Shown: piece after piece, positions 24,940 to 37,702 of the stretch | Position numbering within the stretch: position 1 is the first letter of the stretch | How the letters are laid out: the number at the start of each line of letters is the position of its first letter | Assembly: GCA_030141605.1 (NCBI GenBank) | Contig: JAQGDQ010000449.1 | Coordinates: 62,001 to 126,000 of the forward strand | DNA length: 64,000 bases | Direction: 5' to 3' | Source: Tubiluchus corallicola | Lineage: Eukaryota; Animalia; Priapulida | Program-made: the position numbers and the translations under genes | Notes under the pieces: model-generated | Seen by the model: the letters and a program-made list of their open reading frames with translations, nothing else | Told to the model about the DNA's origin: nothing | Databases searched by the model: none

Positions 24940-27900
24940 TCCACATGTCCACTGTTGACCAACCGATATTGTACTCGTAATTTAGAGGTACTTGATCAGC
25001 TAGTACTTGCATGTAAAACATGCCAATGGCTTCTGGGAATCTTACAGTGTAATATGTTACAGATGTGCAGAACACGAACTAGAGAAGGCTAACTAAAATT
25101 CTTTGCCCAATAACAAACAAGAAAATCAAGTTAATAGTGGTGCGAGGTTTTGAAAAATTGCAGCATGCAGTCTCAAAAATAATCACGAATTGCTCTTCGA
25201 AAGGACACGCGCAAGGTGCTGTTCAACGTCGGCATTTGTAATCGCATAATGTTTACGTCGGTGGGCGCCAATTTTTTTTATTTTTTTAAGCTATGATTAT
25301 ATAGCAAACTAAGTAATTTGGATTTACTTACTTTTCAAATCTCCCGTTAAATTATTAAAACAAAATTTGACATCAGCTACACAAGTTACAAGTAGCGTAT
25401 GTGTGACCCAAAAATCAAGCAAAAAAAATAAAAATCGTTATTCGAATTCAGAAGAGTCATTGTTTTAAGATATCGATACCTATTTTGAAAATAGCAGATT
25501 CGTTATCTTTTTCTGCCATCTGGAGCCGTTTATGTAATGTAGCATAAAAATAGAAAAAGCAATAAAAGCAAATTATTGTGGGCTTGAATTAACGTGAATT
25601 CCTGTATAACACTGAAATATTTAAAACAGTAATTTATCATAGTATTTTACTGAAACATTAACAGGAAAACAGTGACATTTTCTTCTATGTCTTTTTAAAA
25701 CAAAAATGATTTTGTAATGTGGTAACATGACAACGGCAACAAAATCCAGATTATTAATCATGTTGTGCAGCTGTGGCCTATCAATAGCTACTGTGATGTT
25801 ACGCATTTTTTGTGTATTAACAGGTCATGCCGCCACCGTCGTCAAAACATGATGGACCTTTAAATGTGCCAGTCAGCTGATGCGGCCAACTGATACCCTG
25901 CTTTATGTCGACATTAGGCTATATCGTGCATGCACTGGCTACGTAAATATAAATTTCCTGCCTTTTACGTAGACGAGCGCAGCTACGGTAGACAGGGTAA
26001 TGGGTGTCTGTTGGACAGTTTATTTACCCGACATGCTAGTGAGTAAGCATTTTGATGCTGCTGGCTTCACCAAATTTGGCGCTACAGCATTCAGCTGGTC
26101 GAAGTGTTTCGTGTTGCGGTGCACTTTTCCTACGAGCCCGTCAAACACACCCAGCTCACATTCCACTTTAGATATTCACTAATTGTGTGTAGCGTCAAGC
26201 CGTCGGCAAGTGTATTTAATTCAATGTACTTAAATGAATGTTTTAAAAAAATGGCTAGTTTTTTGCACACAGGTAGTGATAGTATGAAATACAGCCCTGG
26301 GAATGGTCTTTGTATTACTGTTATTTATACACATTGCAAACACGGTGTGTAGATTATTGTTTTTGCAGAGCCCACAGCGGGGAAAGCTATCATACTTATA
26401 ACGCACAGCACATAGCAAGCACGGTGTGCGTGAAACTGTTTTGGCCATGAAATAATCTGACATGTTTATCCATCAATATAAATTTTATTTCTACCAAATA
26501 CTGAATTCACATCTCTTCTAATTTTGCAAATAAAACTAATGAAATTTAGTGCAATGTCAAATAGTTCTATGGGTTTGCTAAAATTTACGAAAATTGGGTC
26601 GGTTGGCCCCGTTGCGGAAATGGAAAGTCGCGAAGCGTTGTTGTGGCTTAAAAAAGGATTATTCCTTAATTAAACTCTAGGTTTTGCAGCAAACGTAACA
26701 ACATAAAAATATGTGCCGTTATCATTATCATTGTCACTATAATATTGTTACTAACCTCTTCAGTTATTATCTAAACTAACCTGTGCTCCTCCTTTGTATG
26801 TGTATAGTTTTATAATCTACATTACTTACTTGTTTTATATAGTACTTTATGTACCGATTTAAGTCTAAAACAGATCTCAAGTGATTTTATCTGCCATACT
26901 GCCAGCCCATGATCTCTTTATGAAAGGATGTAGACTCATCGAAACTAACTAATATATCATTGCCGGATTTATACCTCATCTTAGAGGACTGAATTTGATT
27001 ATAAGCGGAGGTTCGGGTCTCGCTACAATCAATAGCATTCCTATGCTTCACGTTAAATGCTGAGTCCTGACTTGCAGTTGGCCAAACTGGGTGTACAATA
27101 AACTGGGATAAAAGTCGCTACCACATAGATCTAAACATTGCCATCGTAGTTATTATTGTCACGAAGATCTATTCAGCAACAACACTTGGCACAAACAAAA
27201 TTTGTATAAAAATAGTTGCGTGTAAACGACCAATACACTTATGATCACTGACTGTAAAGAATAACTGAATTTAAATAAGATAAGAAAGATGGACCATATA
27301 CGACACTAGGTTTTTCTAACTTAAACGGTTTTTACTCAAAAAAGACGCATTTCGTAAAGTTTTACTATGCAGATTTCATGGGTGAGAATGTTGATTATTG
27401 GTTGCATGGTCTCTTTTCAAGATCGTCAGACAAATTTAGTCATTCAATTGCTATTAATGCACAGCATGTTCTTTATTCTCGGCAGTTTTACTCTAAAATA
27501 ATAAATGAGTTGTAAAGTCATAAACTGTGATAGCATATCGCCATCTAGTGCTCAGCGGTGGTATATAGTCACTTTTTTACTGTAAAAGTGACATGAAAGC
27601 CAACAACTCCCTAAATTAACAGCGTCTTTTTATATTTTGTGGTGCGCAATTTTCAGTTAAAAATCATTACTAACACGTTTTCAGTAGAGTCCATTATAGC
27701 AAGAGTAGTCCAGTACTCCGTGTACAGAGACAGCGGCGTTTTCATTACTGTCTTGTTTCCTTTAGTTTCTCCCACTTTTCTTCCTGAATTCTTTTTCTAT
27801 TTCGTTCCTTAACGATATCCTTACTAATACAACGTCTATCAACCTATTGGTTGTCTATTCAAGCTTACAGTTCGCAGGTATTTTCATGGTGGCATTGAAA

Positions 27901-28229
27901 TTAACTGATACAGATCCTGTACATGTCAAACTCAGGGGAGATCTCGCAGATCAATATAAAGATGTGCGTCATGTATATATCTATTTCATCAAAAAATCAG
28001 AAATATCAAATCAAAAATTACTAAGAAGAAAATAAGAAAAGCTCTAATCAAATATTACTCAGAAATTCAATAAGGAAAGTCCTGCAATAAATAACAGCAA
28101 ACAAGAAAGTATATTATAGTGCGCGTTTCGGAAGATATGTAAATAAGTATATTGTTATAATTACATTAATATATAGAATCGTAAATACGCACTAATTATT
28201 GTGTCAAACGAACTTTCTATATTAATCAT

Positions 28230-28995
28230 ATCATCACCATCTTAGGTACTTCCGTTATGCAACTTAGCACAACTCATAATTTGATGTCATGTTCCCCGAT
28301 CTGCTGCCACATGCCAAGTATTCACATCAGTTAAGTGAAGTGGAGTAGTTAACAAATCTTTCTTCAGAACATCTAAATATGTGATCAGCTGTCCTCCTCT
28401 TGGTTTCTTCTCAGATATTAGTGCTTGATATAATGCTGTAGTAAATGGAGAATCCTGTAGTAATCTGACAACATGTCCAATCCATCTAAGCCAATGCTTT
28501 TGTATGACCTCACTCAATTCCTACTTCTTTTTTAAATCACATAGACTCTGATTTAAAATTTCCTTTTCAACATTTTATACTCAACCTCTGACCGTATAGA
28601 CGTCTTTGAAAAGCATTACTTTCTTCTGAGTAACTTTAACTGTTCACAATTCAAAATTATACAAGAATTGAGGTTCTACAAGTAATGACAGAATATGTAG
28701 TTTAGTTTCTGCGGTAAGATTCGGATTTTTAAAGATGTTTGTGAGCTTAGAATATGGAGCCAAAGCTAACATTTTTCTGTGTGGCACATGTCCGTTTTAG
28801 TGCCTAATAAACTGCCAAGGCATTTGCAATTCTTCCAAGACGTATCCCCACCATTGTATGATTGTGCATTGTTCCGTTTTGGCATCAATTATCTTTAGAT
28901 TGAAGTTTCTCAGAAGGTTGGTTGCATCTTGTTTCGCAGTTTCAGTTTCACCAATGCTAGTTGATACCAATGCAATATCGTTATACTGCACTACA
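28230..28995 (-). mobile_element. Decayed RTE-type non-LTR retrotransposon (3' part of the RT ORF)
   Basis: Fragments QYNDIALVS (degenerate YADD), NLKIIDAKT and WLRWIGHVVRL...KKPRGGQLITYLDVLKKDL, which is the RTE C-terminal RW.GHV.R...PRG..D..KDL motif. Several frameshifts. Confidence 0.8.
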
Positions 28996-29702
28996 TGGGT
29001 GAGAGACTAGAAGGTGGTCTGCATTAACTGTCACAACTTGTTGCCACATTTTGGCGCCATCTACAGCTACGTAGCTCTAGTAGCGTGACGAGTTATGTAC
29101 GCAGTCTGCAATTACGCATGCAATTTTGTGATCTTGGCTGCAATTACAATTGACACGTTTAATACAACGTTCTAGCAAGTTATAGTTAATTCTGCTGTTA
29201 AGAACAGTCTTTATGAATTTTAAGGGAGGCATTTTTTTAAATAATTACATGTCATCTTTTTCCGACTATAGATATTCGTTTACTTGAATAATAGAATGCA
29301 GAATCAGCGACCCACAGATAAAGGAATCTATTTCCTACTAAGACTACTAAATTAGTTTATATAATTATATAACAAAGATAATTAACATAGACAACTTACT
29401 GTTTCTTCGGTTTTTTTACTTCCCATTTTTGTAACAACTGATGTATAACACATGCTAGCTCCATCTAGCGAATACCAGCAATACTTCGCAACAGTATGTT
29501 AGCTCAATTTGCGTCAGCTAGTCACGGCAAAGATATGTCAAACTTCATTGATGAATATCGAAGTGCAATCACACAACTAAAGCTAAATTCCATTTTTGCA
29601 TGTCAAATGTCCCAATGCAGTTCTGCATGTTCAATTGATTACGTAATGATGGAAGGGGATCAGTCAGTTGGTTTCTCGATTTGTTTTAGTATAGTGCAAA
29701 TA

Positions 29703-30345
29703 TACCGTAAAACGGGGTGAGTTCGCCACCCGAGGGTGAGTTCGCCACCCCCTACGTAATGGCCATTGTAGGTTTGCTGTAACTATTGTTCAGTGTTTAA
29801 TGAAAAGATATCATGATCACAGTCATTGTAAACAGTTTGCGACAGTTATATTCTTTCAATTCGCACTAGAAGTATTCCATTCTGCGCTACATATTATTTG
29901 TCTACTATTTCTTGCTACTTAACATGCCACGCACCTGCACCCCTGTACCGGGTCATAGATACCAAAATTATACCCCAGAAGCTCTGGAAGCTACCCTACA
30001 TGCCGTCAAGAATACCAACAGGACAATCAGCGCAGCGGCGAGGCAATTCGGATTTCCAAGAAAGACCCTTTCTGACAAACTCTCAGGAAGTCATCCGCGG
30101 AAGCCCGGAGGTCAGCCAGTGTTCTCCGCCGCCGAGGAGCACGAAATCGCCAACACTCCAAGTGGCCGCTGAGTGGGGGTTCCCAATGACTGCCACCGAT
30201 CTCCGACTACTGATTGAGAGTGTTCTCGACGTGAAGGGAATCCAGGAACGACGATTCAAGGCAAACACGCCTTGAATGGACTTTGTCAAATCATTCGCCT
30301 GAAGGAACAATCTGGTTTTCAGAGTGACTGGCAACATCAGTAGTG
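29703..30345 (+). mobile_element. 5' fragment of a pogo/Tigger-like (Tc1/mariner superfamily) DNA transposon
   Basis: TA+CCGTAAAACGGGGTGA terminus with the 17-bp direct repeat GGGTGAGTTCGCCACCC twice (29715-29731, 29734-29750). Pipsqueak-type HTH (YTPEALEATLHAVK...TISAAARQFGFPRKTLSDKL..GGQPVFSAAEEHEI) frameshifts into a CENP-B-type HTH (AEWGFPMTATDLRLL). No DDE domain is visible. Confidence 0.85.
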
Positions 30346-30603
30346 CATCACATCACGCTGCATTATCTCTGCCCACCCTGCATTTTTTGTGAATTTTGCA
30401 AGAAGCTCCAGGCTTACCTGTGTTGTAGCAGTCTTTGTAAAGAGTTTTATGAACAACAACAACAATTAATTTATGATTCTAATTTTCAGAACAGTACCGG
30501 ACATAAAATCTTGCCAACTTGCCGCCAGTAATTTCTCGTTAGTCTGCACGGTGTTGCAAAATCTGTCGTGAGATTTGCTGATAGTCAGCTTGCGCTTACA
30601 ACT

Positions 30604-30822
30604 TGATTAGTTGGTTGATTGGTCGGTCGGTCGGTTGGTTGGTTCGTCCGTTACTGGCTGAGATTTGTTGGCTGGCTGGCTGGCTGGCTGCTTATTGTTC
30701 AGTTGGTTGATTGGTTGTTTGATGAAATGAACTTTAAGGATAGTACTGATAATGTAACTTCGTATATATGCATAGATATTGCATTTTGTTATAAACTCTC
30801 TTTGATATATATATATATATAT
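30604..30822. repeat. Tetranucleotide low-complexity tract (TTGG/GGTC/GGCT) plus (TA)n
   Basis: Directly visible. Similar tracts occur at 22680-22735, 31500-31730 and 60555-60870. Confidence 0.85.
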
Positions 30823-31825
30823 TAAAATAAATAATAAAAGCAATTTGCATTGAATCTGTGTTATTCACATAGATTTAAATGCGCGGTGGTGCAGAGATCT
30901 TTCCTCACGTGCGGTATCTATGTCTATGGTTATTCAAATGCGCTGTGAAACATTGGGAAGCTAATTTGTTGACCGGAAGAAAATCTTAAATCTGTAATTA
31001 CTGTCGATTCTATGATGTATAATACGCTTGTGTCACTTTTTCTCAAAAGATGCATGGCACACAATGCGATGCAGTGCATTGATTTATTGCAGTGCCTATT
31101 GCAAATATTTTGTATGCGCCACATTACTTTGCAATATTTCTGCCTAAACTGTGTTAAAATACCTGTCATTAGACAAAAATCCTGACGTTGTTGCATTTCG
31201 CAGTCTGTTAAAGTTTCTCATTCATTGATGTGACATTCTATTTTTCAAATTATTAAGATACTGAGCAACAAGGGAATCATAATCACAATTGTCTCTCTTA
31301 GGGAACATACACAGGACATAATAATGTAATGGGATACGTGCCGATAACTCCGGGGGTACTTAAAGAAAAAGGGCTAAGAACCCCTACCCTAAAGCGGAAA
31401 GGTGGAGGGCTAAGGCAATATTAATGGTTATCTCACCTTTAATATTGCTGGTGTTGACAACTTCAGTTATTCTTGCAAATTTAACAGTTTGCTCTCTTGA
31501 TTGCTAACCGACCTGCTAACTAGCTTGTCACTCAGTCAGACAGGCGGCGGGTCAGTTGGTCGGTCGCCCGTAGGGTCATTAAATCAGTCAGTCAGACATT
31601 CAGTCTGATGGTTGGTTATTTGGCGTGTTGGTTGTTTGGTTCATTAGACAAATGGTAAATATTTGTGGTTGATAGGCTTTGGATGGCTAGCTGTTTTCTT
31701 GGTTGTATAGCTAGTTTGCTGTTCGATCGACTTTCACAAATATCCACCGGAAGTGAACACTGTTTGAAAAACTCCGATGATTCTGCGAAATACATTTTAC
31801 TGTCCGTGATTCTTTCATACCAATA

Positions 31826-33674
31826 AACAATGGAAAATATGGAAGAAATGACATTGTCCAAAAAATGTAAAGTACACTAATAAGCTTAATGATGCTGTTG
31901 GATTAAAACCTCTATTAAATGAGTTTAAGCTTGGGTTTGAAAAAGTATTTCAATCAGATGATATTGTCAAGGATGAATCTTTGAAGACAGATGTACTTAT
32001 TAAACTAACTAATTATTCCGAGGGCTCGTTATATGACTGTACTGTTAGTGTAGATGAAATATATGCCATGATGCAAACCATGAGCAAAGGTAAATCAGCA
32101 GGCTATGATCAAATATATGCTGAACATTTGTTATACGCTCCTAGAGTATTATTACTGTATATAGCAATGCTGTTTAATCTTATATACATACACTGTTATG
32201 TGCCAAATGATTTTGGGAAAGGAATAATTATACCTGTAGTTAAAGATAACAATGGCGACCTAACAGATTTCAAAAATTATCGTGCAGTTACTCTATCTCC
32301 CACTATCTCAAAATTATTTGAATCTGTTTTACTGGCAAAATTCGGTGATTGCTTAGAAAGTTACGAATTACAATTCGGTTTTAAAGTTGAATCAAGTTGC
32401 AGTCATGCCATATATACTATAAAAGAAACTGTAAATTTTTTCACCGCAAGAAACAATCCTGTTTATGTCGCATTTCTAGATGCCTCCAAAGCTTTTGATA
32501 GAGTACTGCACGGAGGGTTGTTTATAAAACTGCTAGATAAACGAGTTCCCAAGATATTTGTTAACGTATTAATGAATTGGTATAGTAAACTTACGGGCTG
32601 TGTCAAGTGGCAAGATCAGTATAGTACCCAATTTTGTATAAAAACAGGTGTCAGACAAGGAGGTGTATCATCACCGATTATATACGCTGTGTATACAGAC
32701 AACCTTATACGTCAATTGCGTTCAGCTGGTTACGGTTGTTATGTGGCAGATAATTTTGTAGGCACTGTCATGTATGCTGATGACATTGTCTTGTTGTCAG
32801 GGTCATGAAGACACTTACGTGAAATGCTTAAAATTTGTGAAAAATATGGTATAGAATGGAGTATCTCATTTAATCCTAACAAAACATGGCTTCTTTATTT
32901 TGGCAAAAGCTTTACTGGAGAGGGTGTAATCTGTTTTTGGGGCGATAAACAGCTGATCTGGAAACAGATAGTAAAGTATTTGGGTTGCGATATTTTGACA
33001 AGTGATCGTTTTTCTATTGATGTTTCAAGGTTAAAAAGGAAATTTATTGGTTCCGCGACTAATATTCTCTCAAGTATGGGCCATAATCGTAATGACATAG
33101 TAGCTAAAACTCTGATCAATACATATTGTCTACCCATTTTATTATACGGATGCGAAATTAGGGGTATATCAAACAATGAAGTTAATGCCGTTAGGGTAAA
33201 ATGGAACACTGCTTATAGAAAAATATTCGGTTTTAGACAAAATGAAAGTGTCAACTTGTTAATGTATTTTTGTGGCACAATGCCTGCGAATTATTTAATT
33301 GGTAGTCGAAAATTAAACTTTGTGGGAAAAATTGCAAAGTCTTGCAAATCGAGAATTCCAAAGCTATGCTATTATGTAAATGACAGTAATGTAAATTTAA
33401 GATTTAAATATGGCTGTACTGTAGATCTAAACGAAAATGTAAAATTAAAGGTTAAGAACTCATTTAAAGATTATGTTTTAGGATATCTGTTATAGCTCCT
33501 TACAACACTGTATACTGTAATATAATTACAAGGGAACTACAATCTGTGGTTATTATAAAGTTGAATATCTGTAGATATGTTACTTTACTACCATCGTATT
33601 ACCTGTTTTACTAACATCTTTATCTTTGTAAACTGTATATTTTTAAACGAAATAAACTCATAATAATAATAATA
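31826..33674 (+). mobile_element. 5'-truncated non-LTR retrotransposon (LINE; RTE-X/Proto2-like), nearly intact reverse transcriptase frame
   Basis: ORFs 31981-32808 and 32824-33495 are one frame split by a single TGA. RT motifs GKSAGYD, NYRAVTL, QFGF, FLDASKAFD, GVRQGG.SP, YADD and KYLG. The frame extends upstream to WKIWKK with one more TGA (31849-31851). AATAAA then a (TAA)n tail at 33652-33674. Confidence 0.93.
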
Positions 33675-36600
33675 GTGATTACGGCCTACGTATCTTTTCA
33701 TACCACAAGTTGAGAAGTAAGATGTGGGTCAGTAATTACAGTTGCAAGGACGCCTTGTACGTGCTGCTCTGATATTGTTGAATTATTAACAACCTTTACA
33801 GAGTCTGCGACAGAACGAACCGAATTTATGTTGTAATTGATTATCTGATTGTTTTCCAAGTTAGTAAGTTGATTGGCTGTAGTTCGCTCTTGGACTGAAC
33901 TTTTATATAACATTGAAAACTTTTTTTGGATATTTCAGGCTTATTAAAGAGTTGACTGATCACCGTTTACCATTTTAGCACTCCCCATAAAGGTGTTGAC
34001 GGGGTGAAAGGCGTGTATATTGACAATATTTTCAAGCAATATTTTTATACGACTAATAAAAGTTGCTATTAGGGTTTTGGTACAGTGACTATCATATGGT
34101 TAACTGTTATCCAAACTCCAAACAAAAATTGCACCTATCAGTTAAGCTTAAATATTTTCCACAATGCGGCTTTAATCCTGCTTTACATTATTTAATTAGA
34201 AAAAAAACTTTATTTTTGTACTAATTACAATGCACAGTACGCCATAGTTAAGCATTTTTGTGCCAGCATTAGCATTGAAGCTTATCTTCACTGACAATTA
34301 TTTTTTGTTTTTTATTACTTGCAAAGGCATACGTTATGCTCTTTCCTCTCCCAATACTGCACATTTTCAATTAAAGACTAAACGAGGAGTATCACCAAAT
34401 TTTTTTACAGGTCAAGCCGCTATACCAAAGACAGGGTGAACTTCCTTTTACTGCACATAACTGAAGTAACTCAGCTGTCTGTCAAGAAAGTTATTGACAG
34501 CGTATGCCACACCTTTTATGATAATTAGTTTCTGGCTTGTAACAGCTTCTCTGATTGGCTCAGATTAGTAGTCATCAACATGTGGCCCATGTTATATTGC
34601 TTTTTGTGCTTCTAAAAATATCAACGATGAAATGAAAATAAAGTTTAAGCGGAGCACTTCAGGACTACAGCAATTGTTTTAATAATAACATTTATATGAG
34701 AAAGGCGTGAGAAACAAAATGATAAAAATTATAAAAAATCTTGTTACGGAAGCTAAAGTAATAGTAACTTTTAGTAATAGTAAACTCGAATGAGAAGTTT
34801 CCATGCTCATAAGGTTTTAAAAAATAGCTAAGTGGCAACATAATTACCTAATTACAACCGCAAGCTTTCTCTAGAATATACTACAAGCTTTTTGTTTGTG
34901 ACAGAATGACCATGTTCCTAATTAGTAGAAAAAAGATACTGTAGGCAAACTTGGGGGGTCAGTTTCACTAAATAATAGTGAGAATGTAGAAGGCTTTATA
35001 CACTTAAGCTTTATTTGTTTAAAGATATTTTTAAAAGTACTTACTATAATGATCAAAAACTTCTAGGTGTCCATGTTATTCAAGTTTAAGTGACACAGTG
35101 TGAAAACAAAATTTCAAAAAAATAATTATTTGCTACCATTTAGTTTTCAGATTTTATTGAAAAAACTGGCATAGTTATGTTAATTTTAAAGTGTCTGTTT
35201 AGTTATATTAATTTAAAAGCCTGTTTTATGTTGCAACTTGTTGGAAATAAACGACCTATACTTACAAATAGTCAGTATAGTATGTCTTAATTCTTGAGTA
35301 AAAAGCTGTACTAACAAGGCGAAAATATTGTTTTGAGGGTCAACCGTTAAGCAGTAGAGACCTCATCATACGCAGTATCGTGCTTTTTGTTTCAGTATAA
35401 TTACAGTCTGCTTCCAAAAGTTAAAATTATACAAGCTTTATTGCTTGAAATGTTCGATTTCCGGGTATTACACTCTGTTGAGCATAAATACTTTCAGAAA
35501 CTATATTTTCTTCTCAAGAGACAAGCTACACAGAGTGTAACTCGAAGCACCGCATAACCGGCTTCCCGGCCCTACCTTATATAGCCGTGCCGCTGTAAAA
35601 CAGGCAAATGTTCTCATTCAAAAATACCTCGCCCGAAACTAAACCATTCTACAGAAAGCAAGAGCTGGAAACCGATGTGGTATGGTAAGAAGATACGAAT
35701 GCCCGCTGTTTAATACACACTGGGTTATATATAGTGCCTAATCCGTGAAGCCATATGCGAGCACAGGCCTACAGTATATCTCGTATAGCATTCGGTAGAC
35801 AGTAATGCAACCATGGCTTCCTTATTTTCAACCACATAATAAAAGGATATAGTGTAATATATTTAAAAACTTCGGTAGAATTGTTTCAATTTGCTAATCT
35901 GAATGTGTTCAGTAAAGTTCGACTGCTTAAGAGAGGTGGTATTTTTTGAAAAAATATTAAAACCTTGTCAGAGAAAAATTGTCAGAACACTGCTTGAAAT
36001 ACAGAATTAACTAAACGTGTTTTGAAAGTAACCGTGTTTTATAATTTATAGGCACACCTATAGTTTTTTTAATGTTCTTTTTCCAAATCCGATGATGCTT
36101 AGAAGTTGTTAAGCCCACGCTTAATGGTAAGGCCTAGAACTTCAAAAATCAAAACGGAGCAACATGTGGCTTCGATCGGTACTCATTTGCACAAATATTA
36201 GTCTTCTGAGACTATAAATGTTTAATCAAAACAGCCGTTCGATAAAGGCTTTTCAGTGCGCTTGAAAATTAACAAAGAGAGCCAACTTTATACTAAATAA
36301 GCAACGTGGGTGTTTTTAAGAAAGGAGGAATTATAATTACTGCCATTTAACTATCAATTTTATTCGAGAGAATGATAACTGGTATCATAAGGAGGATTAG
36401 GCTATGGGTCTGCAGTTAAAATTATTAATAACAATAAGGCACAGTATAACAAACCAACGCATTAAAAACTCAGCTGCAGTACGTGTCTACCACTCAGTTT
36501 TGCACGATACTTCACTGATTTTACTGGCCTTGTACTATATATTTCTTATTTGCATTGAAATAATCGCACAAAAATAAACAGTTAGTGAAATCTAAGTAAA

Positions 36601-37618
36601 CTGGATATTTGTTTTTGAAGGCTGTAAAATACATTGTAGTCATTATTGTTGCACAAAAATAGCAAGTAAAATACCTTTAGTTCCTGTTTTCATTTGGATT
36701 TTTGGAAATAGCATAGAAATAGTATTTTCAGGGAGCAACGGCAGATGGCAGCAAAGAGTCATCATAAATGAGATTTTTTGAATGCTTGGAATATAATTAC
36801 AAACTAGTATTTAAACCACCTATCTACCAGGTGTGATGTTTAAACGATGTAAGGCCGTTGTAGAAATATTATAAAATAAACCACGTACTAGAAATATAAT
36901 TTTTTCAATTGCAGTTTACTAAATTGTATTCCTGCACATGCAAGCAATGTATAAGAAAATAATTTTGGAAAAAAATTGATGTCCGCTCAGCCCTCGAGCT
37001 AGGCCACACAAACAGTAACATCTAATGCAGTTAAATAAACTAGCTCTTAAAAACAGTAGCAAAAATTAATTTTCAGTTATATAAAGAGCATAGTTGCCGA
37101 TATTCTAATATAGCTGCCGACCAAATGAAGCAGACAAGATACGTTTGCTTAGCTCCAATGTCAATTTTTAACGTCTCGGCCCTGCAGGTGGCACTACTTA
37201 CTAAGTTTGGTAAAGGCTTTGAAGATGGAAAGAAGGATAGACTGTCTACAAAAAGAATAGCATGCTTCTTCGTCCATTTCTGAAATTAAATTAAATGAAA
37301 AGCTTATTGTTTCGTATAAGGAGAAAGCAGTTTTTACAAGGAAAATGTTGAAGAGAAGTAAAGGATGAAAACAAATCTAAATGAATTCAAATAAACATTA
37401 TTAAAAATTAAGTAATCAAAGTTTTTTTAAAAAACTAAGCAGAAACTATCCAATTTTTTTGCATTGGTTTAATTCTTTTCCTTGCACTACTATGAGAACG
37501 GCGATGGCAAAATTTTTTGTGAACTTTCAAGAAGAGTTTAGTGATAATAGAGTGTCATTAAGTTTCTGCGCAGTTGATTGCAAAATGTTAGTTATTTAGC
37601 ATATTCTGATATACTTAC

Positions 37619-37702
37619 CGTGAGTCATAAAAGCCGCTTGTGGTCAACAGTATAGACTTATTCTTCTTCCATCCTGGGGCGCCTGGTTCTTGCTGCAGAA
37701 CT
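37619..37702 (-). CDS. Mhc: Mhc-B short stop-containing exon ([14 protein letters not shown]) followed by a further splice donor
   Basis: tttttcag| acceptor, phase 0 matching the donor at 38129. The peptide is homologous to the Mhc-A end [14 protein letters not shown] at 37660-37658 and CG|GTAAGT donor at 37618. Confidence 0.85.

Noticed and set aside
32806-32808. TGA readthrough or selenocysteine in the RT ORF
   Set aside because: The element is 5'-truncated and has a second TGA, so ordinary nonsense decay is simpler.
37262-37279. MDEEA peptide as an alternative myosin C-terminus
   Set aside because: It requires a phase-1 upstream donor, and the available donors (38129, 37962, 37618) are all phase 0.
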